A DNA stretch of 64,000 bases from the human T2T-CHM13v2.0 reference genome, Homo sapiens. A model generated the notes under the pieces. It was not told where the DNA came from. It worked only from the letters and a program-made list of their open reading frames with translations, and searched no databases. The stretch lies in assembly GCF_009914755.1 (NCBI RefSeq), contig NC_060937.1. The stretch is one strand, 5' to 3'. The position numbers and the translations under genes were made by a program. This document shows, piece by piece, positions 14,525 through 27,785 of this stretch; the first letter of the stretch is position 1; the number at the start of each line of letters is the position of its first letter.

Positions 14525-17060
14525 ATGTTTTTAACAGAGTCTTTCTTGGAAAAGGTTTTGATTTACCAAAAAAATTGGCAGAAAATGCAAAGCTTCCATA
14601 GGCTGGAACTCCTACCCCACACCGTTTGCCCTATTTTAACATTCTTTCTCAGTGTAATATATTTATTACAATTGATGAACCAATATCAATACATTAGTTT
14701 AACTGAAGTTCATCATTTATATTAGTGTATTTGTACAGTACAAATACTCTGTATTGTACAGATTTTTTGCTTTGACAAATGCATTATTTCTTGCATCTAC
14801 CACTACAATATAAAATTTCACTGCCTTAAAAATGCCCTACTTTCCATCTATTTATCTCTTTTCTCCTTAACCACCTGTCACCACTGATATTTTTACTGTC
14901 TTTATACTTTTAACTTTTTTTAGATTAGCATGTATTTGTCTTTAAATGGTATGTAGTCTTTTCAGACTGCCCTTTTTCACTTGGTGATATGCATCTAAGA
15001 TTCCTCCATGTCTCTTTGTGGCTTGATAGTTTATTTTTATTGCTGAATAATATTTTATTGCATGGATGTATCACAGTTTTATCCATTTACCTATTTAAGA
15101 ACATCTTGGTTGCTTCCAAATTTTGGCAATTCAGAAATGGAAAGAGTTGGTGCCTCCTGCTTTATACCTCTTGCAATGAAAACTATGAGTATATACTCAA
15201 TGCAATACTGTTTGCATTTTAGGTTCTACGTCTGTTGTTTTGGTCATGTTCTTTCAGATGGAAATGACAGTCATCTTTTACAGAAGTGATATGTGTGTAT
15301 TGTGAATAAAGCTGCTATAAACATCCATGTGCAGGTTTTTGTGTGGACATGAGGTTTTACATCATATGGGTAAACATCTAGAAGTGCAATTGCTGGATCT
15401 TACAGTAAGACTATGTGTAGCTTTCTAAGAAGCTGCCAAAATGTCTGCCAAAGTAACTCTACTAGTGTGCATTCCCAAGGCAGTGAAAGAGACATCATGT
15501 TGCTTCACATCTTTGACTGCATTTGAGGTTGCCTCTATTTGGGATTTTAGCAATTCTAACATGTTTATGGTTGTATCTCACTGTTATTTTAATTTGTAAT
15601 TCCATAATGAAATATGATGTGTAACATTTTTTTCCATATGCTTCTTAGCAATCTATGTATCTTTTTGGGAGTGTGTTTTTTAAACCATTTTTGTTTCTTT
15701 TCTCTTATTGTAAAGTTTTAAGAGATGTCTCTATTTTTTTTAATACAAGGCCTTTATTAGATGTGTGTTTTGCAAAGGTTCTAATACCAGTCTTTGGCTT
15801 TTTTTTCATTAATTTTCTTAACAGTGACTTCTGCAAATTGGAAGAATTTTTAAAACAAAGTCAAATCTGTCAACTTTAAAATGGATTATACTTTGATATT
15901 AAATATGAAAAGTAATTGCAAAACCCGAGATCATCTAGATTTTTTTCTGTGTTATACTCTAAAGTTTTATAGCTTGGTATTTATATATTTAGCTCTATGA
16001 TCCTGTTTGATTTGATTTTTGTGAAAGATGTAAGGTCTCTGCCTAGATTCATTATTTTGCATCTAGACTTCCAGTTGTTCCAAGGGTATCTGGTGAAGGG
16101 ACTCTACTTTTCTTTATAAAATTGCCACTGTCCCTCTGTTAAAGATTCACTGACTACATTTCTGGGCTCTTCATTCTCTCCCATCGAATACCAGACTGTT
16201 GTGGTTATTGTAGCTTTACAGTAAGGCTTGAAATCAGGTAATGTCAGCTGTCTGACTATTTTCCTTGTTTAAATCCAGTATTGCAGTGGTTATTTTGGGT
16301 GTTTTGCTTTTCTATAGGAACCTTAGAATCAGCTGAGATCCACAAAACACCTTGTTGGGATTTTGCCCAAAATTACATTCAATCTACAGATCAGGTTGGG
16401 AAGAGACGATATTTTAACACTATTTAGTCTTTCTATGTATGAATTTGGAACAGCTCTGCACTTATTAAGATCTTTCCTTGATTTCTTTCATTAGCATTTC
16501 ATTGTTTTTCTCATATAGAACTTGCAGATATTTTCTTAGATTTATATATCAGTATTTATTTTTGAATGCTAATGTAAATAGTGCTGGCTTTAAAAAATCA
16601 GATTCCTACTGTTCATTGCATGTGTATGGCAGAGAAACTATCTTTTGTATGTTACCCTCATAGTCTGCAATCTTGCTATAACTGCTAATTAGTTCCAGGA
16701 GGTTTTTATTTGTTTGTTTGTTTATTCTTTAGGATTTTCCACATACATAGACAATTATAACAGCTGCGAACAAAGACAGTTTTACTTATTCCTTCTTCTA
16801 GTTTTGTACAATTAATTATAATGTTCACTGTAGGATTTGTTTTTGTTTTCTTTTAGGTGTTCCTTATCAAGTTGAGGAAATTATCTCTATTTCTAGTATT
16901 CTCATTGTGAATGAGTGTTGGATTTCATCAAATAACTTTTCTGCATCTACTGATCTAATCCTATGACTTTTTTCTTTAGCCTGTTCATGTGATTGATTAC
17001 ATTAATTGATATTTTAATATAGAACCATCTTTCCATAGCTGAAATTAGTCCCGTTGATGA
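14525..17060 (-). mobile_element. Old L1 (L1MC-type) 3' region, interrupted at 15132-15298
   Basis: Antisense ORF2 and 3' UTR motifs (ttgcttccaaattttggcaatt...gtgaataaagctgctataaacatcc; aatctacagatcaggttgggaaga). Confidence 0.8.
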
Positions 17061-18737
17061 GAAATTGTTTTTTTAAATATGGCAATAAGTGCTATTGTAT
17101 TTATTTCCCTATTTTATTGTTAGCTTATTTTATGATTTTAAAATGAATTAAATTTTAGCAGCCAAACAAACTGTGTGTGTGAGTGTGTGTCCATGTATAA
17201 CCTTTCAAAAAGCACACTGTTAAATGAGAGTGAAGTAGCTAGAAGTTAATTGGCAGTGATGTTAAGTCCAAGGGCAAACCTTCAGTGTTTTCTGTTTTTA
17301 TATTAAAAAGCCACTTTTTAAAATGCTGAGAACACCTTAAAGAGTTGTATATGTAGCATCTCTTTATAAATGAAAGTGGCAGAGTTAATATATCACTGTC
17401 TTTTGAGAATATTCTATTTTCTTATGTTAAGGTGCTATTACAAAAGTGAACATGTGGAAGGGCCCCTGGGATGTGATGTTACATGTTTTCCTTCATGCTT
17501 CTTATTTGTCAGTCATTTACCTGGCTTTGTGTTTCACTCCCTAAAAAATGCATCGCCTCTCCTGCTGTGTTTCTTGTAATCATGAAGGAGCTGCCATCTA
17601 AGTGAATAAATAGTCTCTTTTCCAGGTGATTAATTAAAATCCATACATTCTTCTAACCACAGATAAGAAGTAACAGATGCGTCACACACTGTGGCATCAG
17701 AGTATTAGTGAGGACCACTAGCTCAAAGAAATTGGGCCAATTAACAAAAATGCTGGTGCCCAGAAGCATGTGCTATGATATTTATAGATCTTGAAAAGGG
17801 TAATCTCAGACCTAACTCTTAGATATTTATTATTATTCTGCAATGGTTTTGTATTGATGAAATGTCATTGAAGAAAATTGCATTGAAAAAGTCAACAAAA
17901 ATAAATGCAAGCCACATTTTGTTCCTAGATGTGTAAGACCCATAATTCATGCAACTGCTGTATCCAAGCAACATATGCACTTCAAATGAACATCAGGATG
18001 AACACCCTAATAGACAAGGTGATGATCATTTAGGTGGGATTTTTTTGAAGCTCTATGACCAACTATAATTTTGTTAAGTGTTTGCTGGGGTCATATCCAG
18101 ACTGCCTCTTAGGAAAAAAAAACTGAATCAATTTGAATTCTGGCTTCCTGAAATATTGAGTGACAAGAAAAATAAAAGAACAAGAATCTGGCTAGCTATC
18201 CTAGTTGTAAAGCTGGAAATCTTATTCAAAATCATCCTCATCCTATACTTGCCAGATACTTATTTCTAAATCAATTAGATGTAAATATATCCTTAGTAAA
18301 AGATATGAATCAAAGGGATTTCCTGACTCTAAAGCTGCAATCGAAAGTTGGTCTGAGTCAGCTAGAATGGCCACATGCTATAACTCTCCACAGGTACCTT
18401 CCAGTGGTCCAGCATGTAAACACATAGTTATGTGTAATGCAAAGCATGGATCCTCTTTACTGCCTGTATTATCACAGTAATTTGTATGGATGATAGTTGA
18501 AAAATACATAATTATTCCTTTTTATAGTGCCAAGCTGTTAAGGGTATTTTCTTTTTTACAAAGAGGAAGTGAAAAGATCTAATTTTCATCTTTGAAGATA
18601 ATTGAGTTAGTTATGAAGAATGGAATGGGATATTGAGAAATCAAAATCTGTCAAATACGAGCAGAAATAAAAACATTACTTATCCTGTTGTTTACTTAAA
18701 AGAATTCACAGCATCTGATTTTATGTTAATTTTAGTA

Positions 18738-19281
18738 TAATAGTTCCTCTTTATCTGCAGTTTCACTTTCTTCAGTTTCAGTTACCTGTGGTCAACCATG
18801 GTCCAAAAATATTAAATGGAAAATTCCAGAAATAATTCATAAGTTTGAAATTGCATGTCATTCTGAGGAGCATGATGAAATCTTTGGCCTTTCCGCTCCG
18901 TCCCTCCTGGAGGTGAATCATCCCTTTGTCCACAGTCCCCACACTGTCTACTCTCTTCAACCATTAATCACTTAGTAGCCATCTTGGTTATCAGATCCAC
19001 TGTTGCAGTATTGCAGTGCTTGTGTTCAAGTAACATTGATTTTACGTAATAGTGGCCCCAAAGCACAAGAGTAGTAATGCTGGCATATTGTTAGAATGTT
19101 TTTATTTTGTTATCATTGTTGTTAATCTCTTACTATGCCTACTTTATAAATTAAACTTTATCGTCGATATATATGCATAGAAAAAAACATAGTAGATATA
19201 GAGTTTGGTACTATCTGCGGTTTCAGACATTCACTGGGGATCTTGGAACTTACCTGTCACAGACAAGGGGAACTACCACTG
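18738..19281 (+). mobile_element. MER44B (TcMar-Tigger)
   Basis: Start ...gtttcagttacctgtggtcaaccatggtccaaaaatattaaatggaaaattccagaaat, end ...ggggaactaccactg|ta, length about 545 bp. Confidence 0.8.
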
Positions 19282-19359
19282 TAAACTACAACTCAACATG
19301 TTCAAAATTAGATCATTAATTGCATTTGGTCATAACTATGATTGCTAAATGATTCTAGT

Positions 19360-19859
19360 CAGTGGTGACCAGCCTCTAAAATGACTCTTATTGATTACTG
19401 CTTCCTAGTATTGACACTTTTGTGGATTCTCTTCCCATATCACATAGAGATGACTTGTGTAATTAATAGGGTATTGAGAAAAATAGCAGTGTGTGGTTTC
19501 TAAGACTACATTATAAAAAAACATTGCAGTATACATCTTCCTTTCTCTTGGAACACTTGTTCTGTGGAGGCAAGCTGCAGTGTTATGAGGACCCTCTAAG
19601 AATACTATGGAGAGATACACATAGCAAGAAACCAAGGCCTCCCGCCAGCATCCACAAAGCTATGAAGGCAGGAGTGCAGTTCAATTTTCAAATGACTGCA
19701 CCCTAGACAGTGTCTTGATGGTAACCTAACAGAGCTAGAACCATGCTGCTAATCTGCTTTAAAATTCCTGACCCACAGGAACAGTAGGTAATTAATATGT
19801 GCTGTTTGAAGAGTCTAAGTTTTGGGGTAACTTGTTAAGAAGTGATGGAGAACTAATGC
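19360..19859 (+). mobile_element. MaLR LTR (MLT1F/G-like)
   Basis: Start cagcctctaaaatgactct...cttcctagtatt and end ctaagttttggggtaacttgtt...aactaat. Confidence 0.65.
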
Positions 19860-20286
19860 CCAGACCATTAGCAAATAGTTCTATAAAAGTAATGATAGGC
19901 AGAGGCTTACAACTCACTTTAATGTGAGCCAGCTAATTATTGTTAGAGTGTGTTAACATTTTCATAAAATCTTTATGTTGATAACATTTTTAGGATAACT
20001 TGAAGAGCATTTGATCTGTTTTCAGTGCTTAATCATGAGCTCTACATTTGTTAGAATGGCATAATGATATCTGAGCTCAATTCACTTAACCATATCACTT
20101 TCTGTTGCTCACAATTTTATCTCTAGGCTACTCTTTCTTTTCTAACTATGTGAAGAATTCTGCCACTTTTCAGTATCTGCAAAATACTATTTTATTCTTT
20201 TATAGGAAACCATATGTGTTATTTATTCTTTAGGCGATATACTGATTCCTCATGATCGAATTAATACATACCTAAAGAGATGTTCT

Positions 20287-20909
20287 TGTGGAGAACAGTA
20301 TGGCAGTTCTTCAGAGTGCTAAAAGCAGAACTAACATTTCACCCATGCTAAAAGCAGAACTAACATTTCACCCAGCAATCCCATTACTGGGTATATACCT
20401 AGAGGAATATAAATCATTCTGCAATAAAAATACATCCACATGAATATTCAATGCAGCATTATTTACAATAGCAAAGACATAGAATCAAGCTAAATGCCCA
20501 TCAATTACAGATTGGATAAAGAAAATGTGGTACATATACACCATGGAATACTATGCAGCCATAAAAAAGAATGAGATAATGTCTTTTTCAGGAACATGGA
20601 TGGAGCTGGAGGCTATTATTCTCATCAAACTGTCCCAGGAAGAGAAAACCAAATACCACATGTTCTCACTTGTAAGTGGGAGTTAGATGGTGAAAACTTA
20701 CAAACACAAAGAAGAAAACAACAGACACCTGGGTTTACTTGAAGGTGGCAGGTGGGAGAAGGAAAAGTAACAGAAAAAATAACTATTGGGTACTGGGCTT
20801 AATTCTTGGGTAATGAGATAATCTGTACAACAAATTTCCATGACATAAGTTTACCTGTGTAACAAGCTTTCACATGTACTGCCGAACCTAAAATAAAAGC
20901 TAAACAAAA
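20287..20909 (+). mobile_element. L1PA13-16-type 3' fragment
   Basis: ORF2 end plus 3' UTR ending gaacctaaaataaaag; contains a 29-bp perfect tandem duplication. Confidence 0.85.
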
Positions 20910-21049
20910 GGAAATGTGCTAATAATGTACTCCTTCATCATCCCATTCCTATGTAAATATTCAATAAAGCAAAATTTCTTCCCAACCTCAAATATAGGAG
21001 TTCATTATTATCCGTTACCCATATACCATAGGTTAGCATGTGATGATAA

Positions 21050-21260
21050 TTGGTGATAATAATAGATGCTATCTATTAAGCTTTATGTAGCAAACATGTT
21101 GTTAAATACTTGCATTATCTTATTTAGCACTAATAATATTCTCCATTGAAATAATGTACATGTTTTTATTTCAATTTTAGAAATAAGAAAAGTTAGCAAT
21201 CTACCTATTAATCCATTTTCACAGAATTATTCAGCTAGCATACATGAGACATAAGTTAAT
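21050..21260 (-). mobile_element. MIR remnant
   Basis: Antisense MIR pattern (ataatagatgctatctattaagct...caattttagaaataagaaaa). Confidence 0.4.
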
Positions 21261-21591
21261 CTTAGTCACAAACTATGTTTCAAAATTGCCTTTCCTGAAA
21301 TATGATAATGTTTTATTTTATTTGTGTATTTTTGAATTTGGGCATTATTTCTTTTGCTAGGTTTCTATGACTAATAAAACTGCTTCTTGAAAATTTCATT
21401 TGTTCATTCATTATGAACATATTCACTTAGCATATAATGTATATTATACTTTGTGTGAAAATAAAATGGTAAGCAAAGAAAATAAATGGCCTGACTTTAT
21501 GCAGCTCATACTCTGCTGTGGAACTGAGGTTTTAATGCAGAAAGAAGTATAAATTTGCAAGTGTTATAAATGCCTGAAAAATGATATGCAG

Positions 21592-21947
21592 TGGTGCTTG
21601 GTTTGGCTGTGTCTCCACCCAAATCTCACCTTGAATTGTAATAATCCCCATGTGTCAAGGGCAGGGCCAGGTGGGGATAACTGAATCATGGGGGCAGTTT
21701 CCCCATACTGTTCTCGTGATAGTGAATAAGTCCCATGAGATCTGATGGTTTTATAAAAGGGAGTTCCCCTGCACCCACCCTCTTGCCTGCCGCCATGTAA
21801 GACATGCCTTTGCTTCTGCTTTGCCTTCCACCATGATTGTGAGGTTTCCCCAGCCATGTGGAACTGTGAGTCCACTAAACCTCTTTCCTTTTTAAATTAC
21901 CCAGTCTTGGGTATGCATTTATTGCAGCATGAGAACAGACAATTACA
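21592..21947 (+). mobile_element. THE1 (B/C) solo LTR
   Basis: ggtttggctgtgtctccacccaaatctc...gcagcatgagaacagacaattaca. Confidence 0.9.
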
Positions 21948-23892
21948 GTATATGAGTATCTATACCCAAGAATTTGGTCCAGAATAGGGCATCAGGCAAG
22001 GCTGAGTTTAGGACTAATGAATGTAAAGCATTATCCACTCAAAGTGAAGAGAAGAATCATCCCTGGAAGAGAGAACATCATGGGCAAAATATCTGAGGGT
22101 TATAGATCAAGATATCTGGTCATAAGGGAGGGGGCTTGGTTTATTTTAACCCATTATACATTGCAAAAAATAATAACTATTAATAACTTTTGGAACTATA
22201 ATTGCCAAAGGAAGTTTTACAAAAAGTTCATTGTAAATGCTGTATAGACACAATAGTGATACAGATAAAACAATCAGAAGGCTAATGTCATAGTACAGAT
22301 AAATATCTGAGAGCAAACAATAGAAATAAAGTTTTTTTTGAAAAAAATCTAACTGCAGAAAATTCTCCTTGAGATTATTTACCACTACATATGATAATAT
22401 TGCAAAGAAACTTCTTCCATTAGTTTAAAGAAAGATTTTAGAGTTTTAAACTGAGAAATTAAAAATAACACTGATTCTGTACCTGAGATTGAAAATAATT
22501 CAGATATGTCTTACATATTATTTAATAAATGTATAAACTGCTGCCAAGAAAAAAGGTATATTTTAATCATAAGCAATCATTGATAAATACTGCCTCTTTA
22601 TGGCACTGTTAGGGGCAGACAGGAATTATCAGTTCAGTTAGCAAGAACATTACAAACCAAGAAAAGCCAAAAAGAAGAAATGCAAATCAACTTGGAGTTA
22701 AGTCAAAAAATCTCGAAAATACACCTCCTAAGAGAAGAACACAATTCACAGACAAGAAGCTGCTGCTAAAAAATTTAATTTCCAGTTATCCCTGCTTCCC
22801 TTCACACAGAGTGGTAATGGTATCGCAAGGTCCATGTCAGCACCGTCAGTTTATAATATAATTAATGCAAGTAGCATTTTATTTATAATACCAAGAATGC
22901 TCAGTATATATGGTATTTCTATTATGAAATACTTAAGGAAACCAAACAATTCTAAAGGGCAACAGTACTCACCTGGAGAAAAACAACATGCTGAGGGAGG
23001 ATAAATTAATGACCATCATATGTATTCAGTACAATTCTTAGCATCTTTCTATATTCACTGACTGGCATTTTTCTAAAGCTCAGTGTTCCAGATACACTTT
23101 TTAATCCAGATGATTTTATCAATGGTTTGTATTTTCTTTCTGACAGAGAACATTTGTTGATGATACTTTTCCAAATTAAAAATGAAATGATTACTTAGAA
23201 ACTGGAAAACAACAATCGAAACAAATAAAAAGAAACTAAATTGTATTCTGCAAAGCAAAATTTGTTAACTAAAAATATATCTTAGGTGCACATTATAATT
23301 TATCACTCAGAAATATGAACGTTTGGTCCTAGGTAGAAAATTAAAACATCCTGTATTTTTGTAAAAGCAGATTCAAAACAGGATAAAGTTAGGACATTAT
23401 ACACCAAGACAAAAAATTATAACCAAATTAACAAAGCTGTTACATAAATATGTTCATATCATGGGTTTTAGAAATTTAATTACCTTTAAATACAGAATAA
23501 CTATATAAGAAAATGAAAGTAAATAAATACCTAATAATTCGTTTATATTTTGTCATGGTTTTATAATTAAATAGCAAGACAATTCAATGAAAAAAGTATT
23601 AATACAATTTTTCTAACATATTAAGTTAGAACAAATTGGTTATATTTTATCTGAAGGCTTAACTCCTTGTAGCTAAAAAATATTTATCATTGTTTCTATT
23701 TATTGCTTAGAAATAATTTGAAAAGATATTTTCCCCTTATTTACCTTATTCTCTTCCAACTCTTTGTTATTGCTCTGCTTTTGCCTTCAAATTGTTAAAT
23801 CTAATCTAATCTAATAATCTGTGCACTCCCAGTAATGTGAATCTGAACATGTCGTTAAGTAGCAGTGTAAACAATTTCTGGAAATATCTTCC

Positions 23893-24190
23893 TTTTTTTT
23901 TTTTATTTTTAAAGACAGAGTTTCGCCCTCGTTGCCCAGGCTGGACTGCAATGAGCAATTCAGCTCACTGCAACCTCCGCCTCCTGGGTTCAAGCGATTC
24001 TCCTGCCTCAGCCTCCAGAGTGGCTGGGATTACAGGCAGGTGCCACCATGCCTGGCTAATTTTTTATGTTTAGCAGAGGTGGGGTTTCTCCATGTTGGTC
24101 AGGCTGGTCTCGAACTCCCGACCTCAGGGGATCTGCCCGCCTCGGCCTCTCAAAGTGCTGGGATTACAGGCATGAGCCACCGCGCCCAGC
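23893..24190 (-). mobile_element. AluSp/Sq
   Basis: gagtttcgccctcgttgccc and gtttctccatgttggtcaggctggtctcgaactcccgacc diagnostics. Confidence 0.9.
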
Positions 24191-24539
24191 TGATTTTTCT
24201 TATATTTACTGTTTCTCCACAGAGGGCAGATGTGTCTACCACAGTTGCAGAACACTGAATTAAAGTATGAAACTAGTTAATCTGCATTTGTTTATTAACA
24301 TCTGTGTTAAATTTGTCATATCTGACCAAAGACTTTCAATTATATCACAGTTGTAAAAATTTACTCACACAAGTTTTTGTTTCCCCTTGAGCTATGTCTT
24401 TAGATTATGTTTTAATCTTTCCAAAAATAGTTTATAAATAAAACACAATTGTGAATATGTCAAGCACCTGTAAAAACAGTTGAGTGAGGGAGAGATCAAA
24501 ATAGCAATATAAGGCAATCAATATATACTAGTATATAAT

Positions 24540-24876
24540 TCATATGATTTGGATAATTTTCCCTCCAAATCTCATGTTGAAATGTGACCCCCAATGTTGG
24601 AGATGAGGACTGGGGGGAGGTGTTTGAATCCTGGGGTGGATGCCTCATGAATGGCTTGATGCCGTCTCCGTGGTAAGGGACGAATTCTTAGTCTATTAAT
24701 TCACGTGAGATTTGTTTGTTAAAAAATATCAGGGACCTATCCCTTTTCTCCTTCCCTACCTCTCTCTCCATGTGACATATCTGCTCTTCCCTCTTGTCTT
24801 CTGCCATGAGTAAAAAAGCTTCCCCAGGCCTCAGCAGAAGCTGAAATGGGTGCTGGAACCACGCTTGTACAGCCTG
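24540..24876 (+). mobile_element. MSTB-type MaLR LTR, 3'-truncated
   Basis: ccctccaaatctcatgttgaaatgtgacccccaatgttggag...gcttgtacagcctg, then an abrupt end. Confidence 0.8.
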
Positions 24877-25042
24877 GGTCTACGGGCGCCAGCCACAACG
24901 CCCGGCTAATTTTTTTGTGTTTTTAGTAGAGATGGGGTTTCACCGTGTTAGCCAGGATGGTCTCGATCTCCTGACCTCAAGATCCTCCCGCCTCGGCCTC
25001 CCAAAGTTCTGGGATTACAGGCGTGAGCCACCGTGCCTGGCC
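24874..25042 (-). mobile_element. AluY-type left half, lacking tail and most of the right arm
   Basis: caccgtgttagccaggatggtctcgatctcctgacctc; fused directly to the MST LTR. Confidence 0.88.
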
Positions 25043-27640
25043 GATTTCAGAATTTTAAAAAATGAAGTGAGAGATATATTAAACTGTGTTTATAATAGCA
25101 GTTGTTATGGTCAAAATTTCAGTTATTTATAAACTCCCTCCAACTAAGAGGTATTATAGCCTTTAATCTTTTAAAAATATTAAATGATAATGCCTTTTGT
25201 TGTTATAAAATATTGTAACAATTTAAAATTTAAGAGAGTTTATTTTGGATTTTATAGAGGTGTAACATACCTCTTATTAAAAGTATTTATTCTCCTTGGA
25301 TTCTGTATACACTTCCCTTTTTTATCACTCAGTATTTCTACCTATTTTTTTCTTAAACTAGCCAGATATCTTAACAAAACTATTTAGAAGAAGGATGATT
25401 CATTTGAAAATGTTCACAAACTAATTATCTCTATGTTTATACTTTCTTTTTGCCAACCTCCTTTTATCTTTATAGCACTTTCAATTCTGGATAAGAAATG
25501 AAAAGAGAAAAAACACAAAAGTCAATGGCAGTTTTTATTAGCAGCTAAGATTTTTGTCTGTTTATAAAATTGATGCTATGAACTAAAATTAGGTTTGAGA
25601 GAACAGTTCACTTAATTTATGTTATTTCTTGTCAAAATAATGAAAGATTGGAAGTTCTTTTATTTCATAGGTCACTTATGATCAATTTATGAGTCTTCTC
25701 ATACATACTACTTAAATATTCAATAAATTAACCTGGCTCACAATGATAATTTTTGAATATATAATTGAAAAAATCTCTAAAATACCATGGATTTGAGTTG
25801 TACTGACACTCATCTGCATTTTTTTCTGAGCCCTTTTGTATGATTTAAGGAAGATACACTTGCTTATTCTTTTAGATTTTAGAATCGCCCATCTCTGATT
25901 ATCATAATCAAAATGAATGAGGAATAAGTATCCACAAGAAGCTATAACCTCTGAGAATTACATAATATTGCATTTCCCAGGTAAGACACTACACTATATT
26001 CCTAAATTTTTCTAGCAAATAATTGTTCTCCAAATGAAGTCTACAAATAAGACCCTACCTATCTTCACATAATCAGTTAGTAATTTCTTTCTTATTACTG
26101 AGTCACAAAAGTTTGAGTCCTATGTACTTTTATTTTTATTCTTTTGACTTTTTTTTGCTATAAGTATATGTGACTCATGCACTAGAGAGATGGGTAAGGA
26201 AAAAAAATGCTTTTGAAAGACCGAATACTCTGTGATGAAATGCTAGCCCCAGATCTATTCTTGCTTCCTTTGAATTTACTACTAATTACACAATTATGTG
26301 TCACTGCATTATTTTACTAAATTCCAAAGTTAAAAGACTGATTATCAGAGAAGTTAATTTTGACCTTTCACTTGAAAGGTCAAGGTCATTTGTAATTATT
26401 TTCTGTTAGAATTCTCTTCCTCTAGAGGAAAGAAAAAAATGTATTGCAGAGGGGAAAATTCAGCTAAGAAATCGAAATAGGCTATGTTCCTTTATTCTGG
26501 AACTTTGCAAAGAAGGGTATTAGGAATACAGAAGAGGCAGTATTAACTTTAACAAAGGCAACAGGAAATTGTTTGCTGAACTATGACCCTGTAGTAAAAC
26601 TGAAGTCTGATCACGTCCAGATATATGGTAAGATATGGATTTGGACATTACCTCATCCTGAATCTTCTTGGCATCAATAGTAATGTGTTTTGAGACCTAT
26701 AAACTCATAAATCTAATTTTGGAACTTTATTTTGAGATTATTTTACATGGGATTATACATTAACACATATATGCATGAGCGCTATTGACAGATACTTCAT
26801 TTTTAATAGGTTGTCCCTAGAAGTGCCGAGACTGACATTTTATCAAATCCTGGTATGACAATTTATTACATTTTTTGTTTTGATAGATGGTGTATTCCAT
26901 GATTATATAACTCAATACCAGACCTAGGGAGAAAATAATTTTCTTTGATTTAGAAATCAGTTACTTCCAGGTGTTTTTTGTTTGTTTGTTTGTTATTATA
27001 TGCAGCAATGGCATCTTTTGACATCTTTAGTTTAGGTTTACCTTTTTATTAGGGAGCAAACACATTCCTAACTCACTAAGTGCAGCATTCCTGAAGAGTA
27101 ATCATTTTTTTTCTCATATTACTCTCATATTCTTCTCATATATTTCTTATATTCCTTGAAAATTTTGTGAATGTTTTATCTGGGTTCCACCTGAATATAT
27201 ACAAAAAAGAGATGGATTATAAAGAAATGTGTTTGCAATATGAACCCAGCTGACACTAAAAAGATGCACATTTTATTTTTAAAAAATTATATAAAAAGCA
27301 TATACAGTAATTTAAAATCAAGTGATAAATTAAGACATTATATTGTTGCTTTCTTTTGGATAGAAAAAGAAGAACGACATATTTTATTTCAATTTTCTTC
27401 CTAGACTTTATACTTACTTTGTATTTTCCTATCTTAAATATACAAAAACTATATACTTCACAAAGAAAAGTTTTATTGATGCTAAACTCAGCTGATGCAT
27501 AGTGATTTTATTTAAAGATTGCATTATTTAAAAGTGTACATGCTAACTTAAAATCAGATATTATACTAAGAAGTGTTATAGCTTTTAAAATATCATTTGA
27601 AAATTCAAAACTAGTCCCTTCGGTGATCCTTCAGTATTCT

Positions 27641-27785
27641 ATTTTTTTAAAATTTTTATGTTAGGTTTGAGTGTACATGTGAAGGTTTGTTATGGAAGGT
27701 AAACATGTGTCACAGGGGTTTGTTGTACATATGATTTAATTACCCAAGTATTAACCACAGTACCCAATAGTTATCTTTTCTGCTT
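27641..27785 (-). mobile_element. L1PA15/16-type 3' end fragment
   Basis: gtacatgtgaaggtttgtta...agtacccaatagttatcttttctgct. Confidence 0.75.

Noticed and set aside
19248-19256. Perfect minus-strand splice donor CAGGTAAGT
   Set aside because: Lies inside MER44B, downstream of the gene's poly(A) site, with no associated exon evidence.
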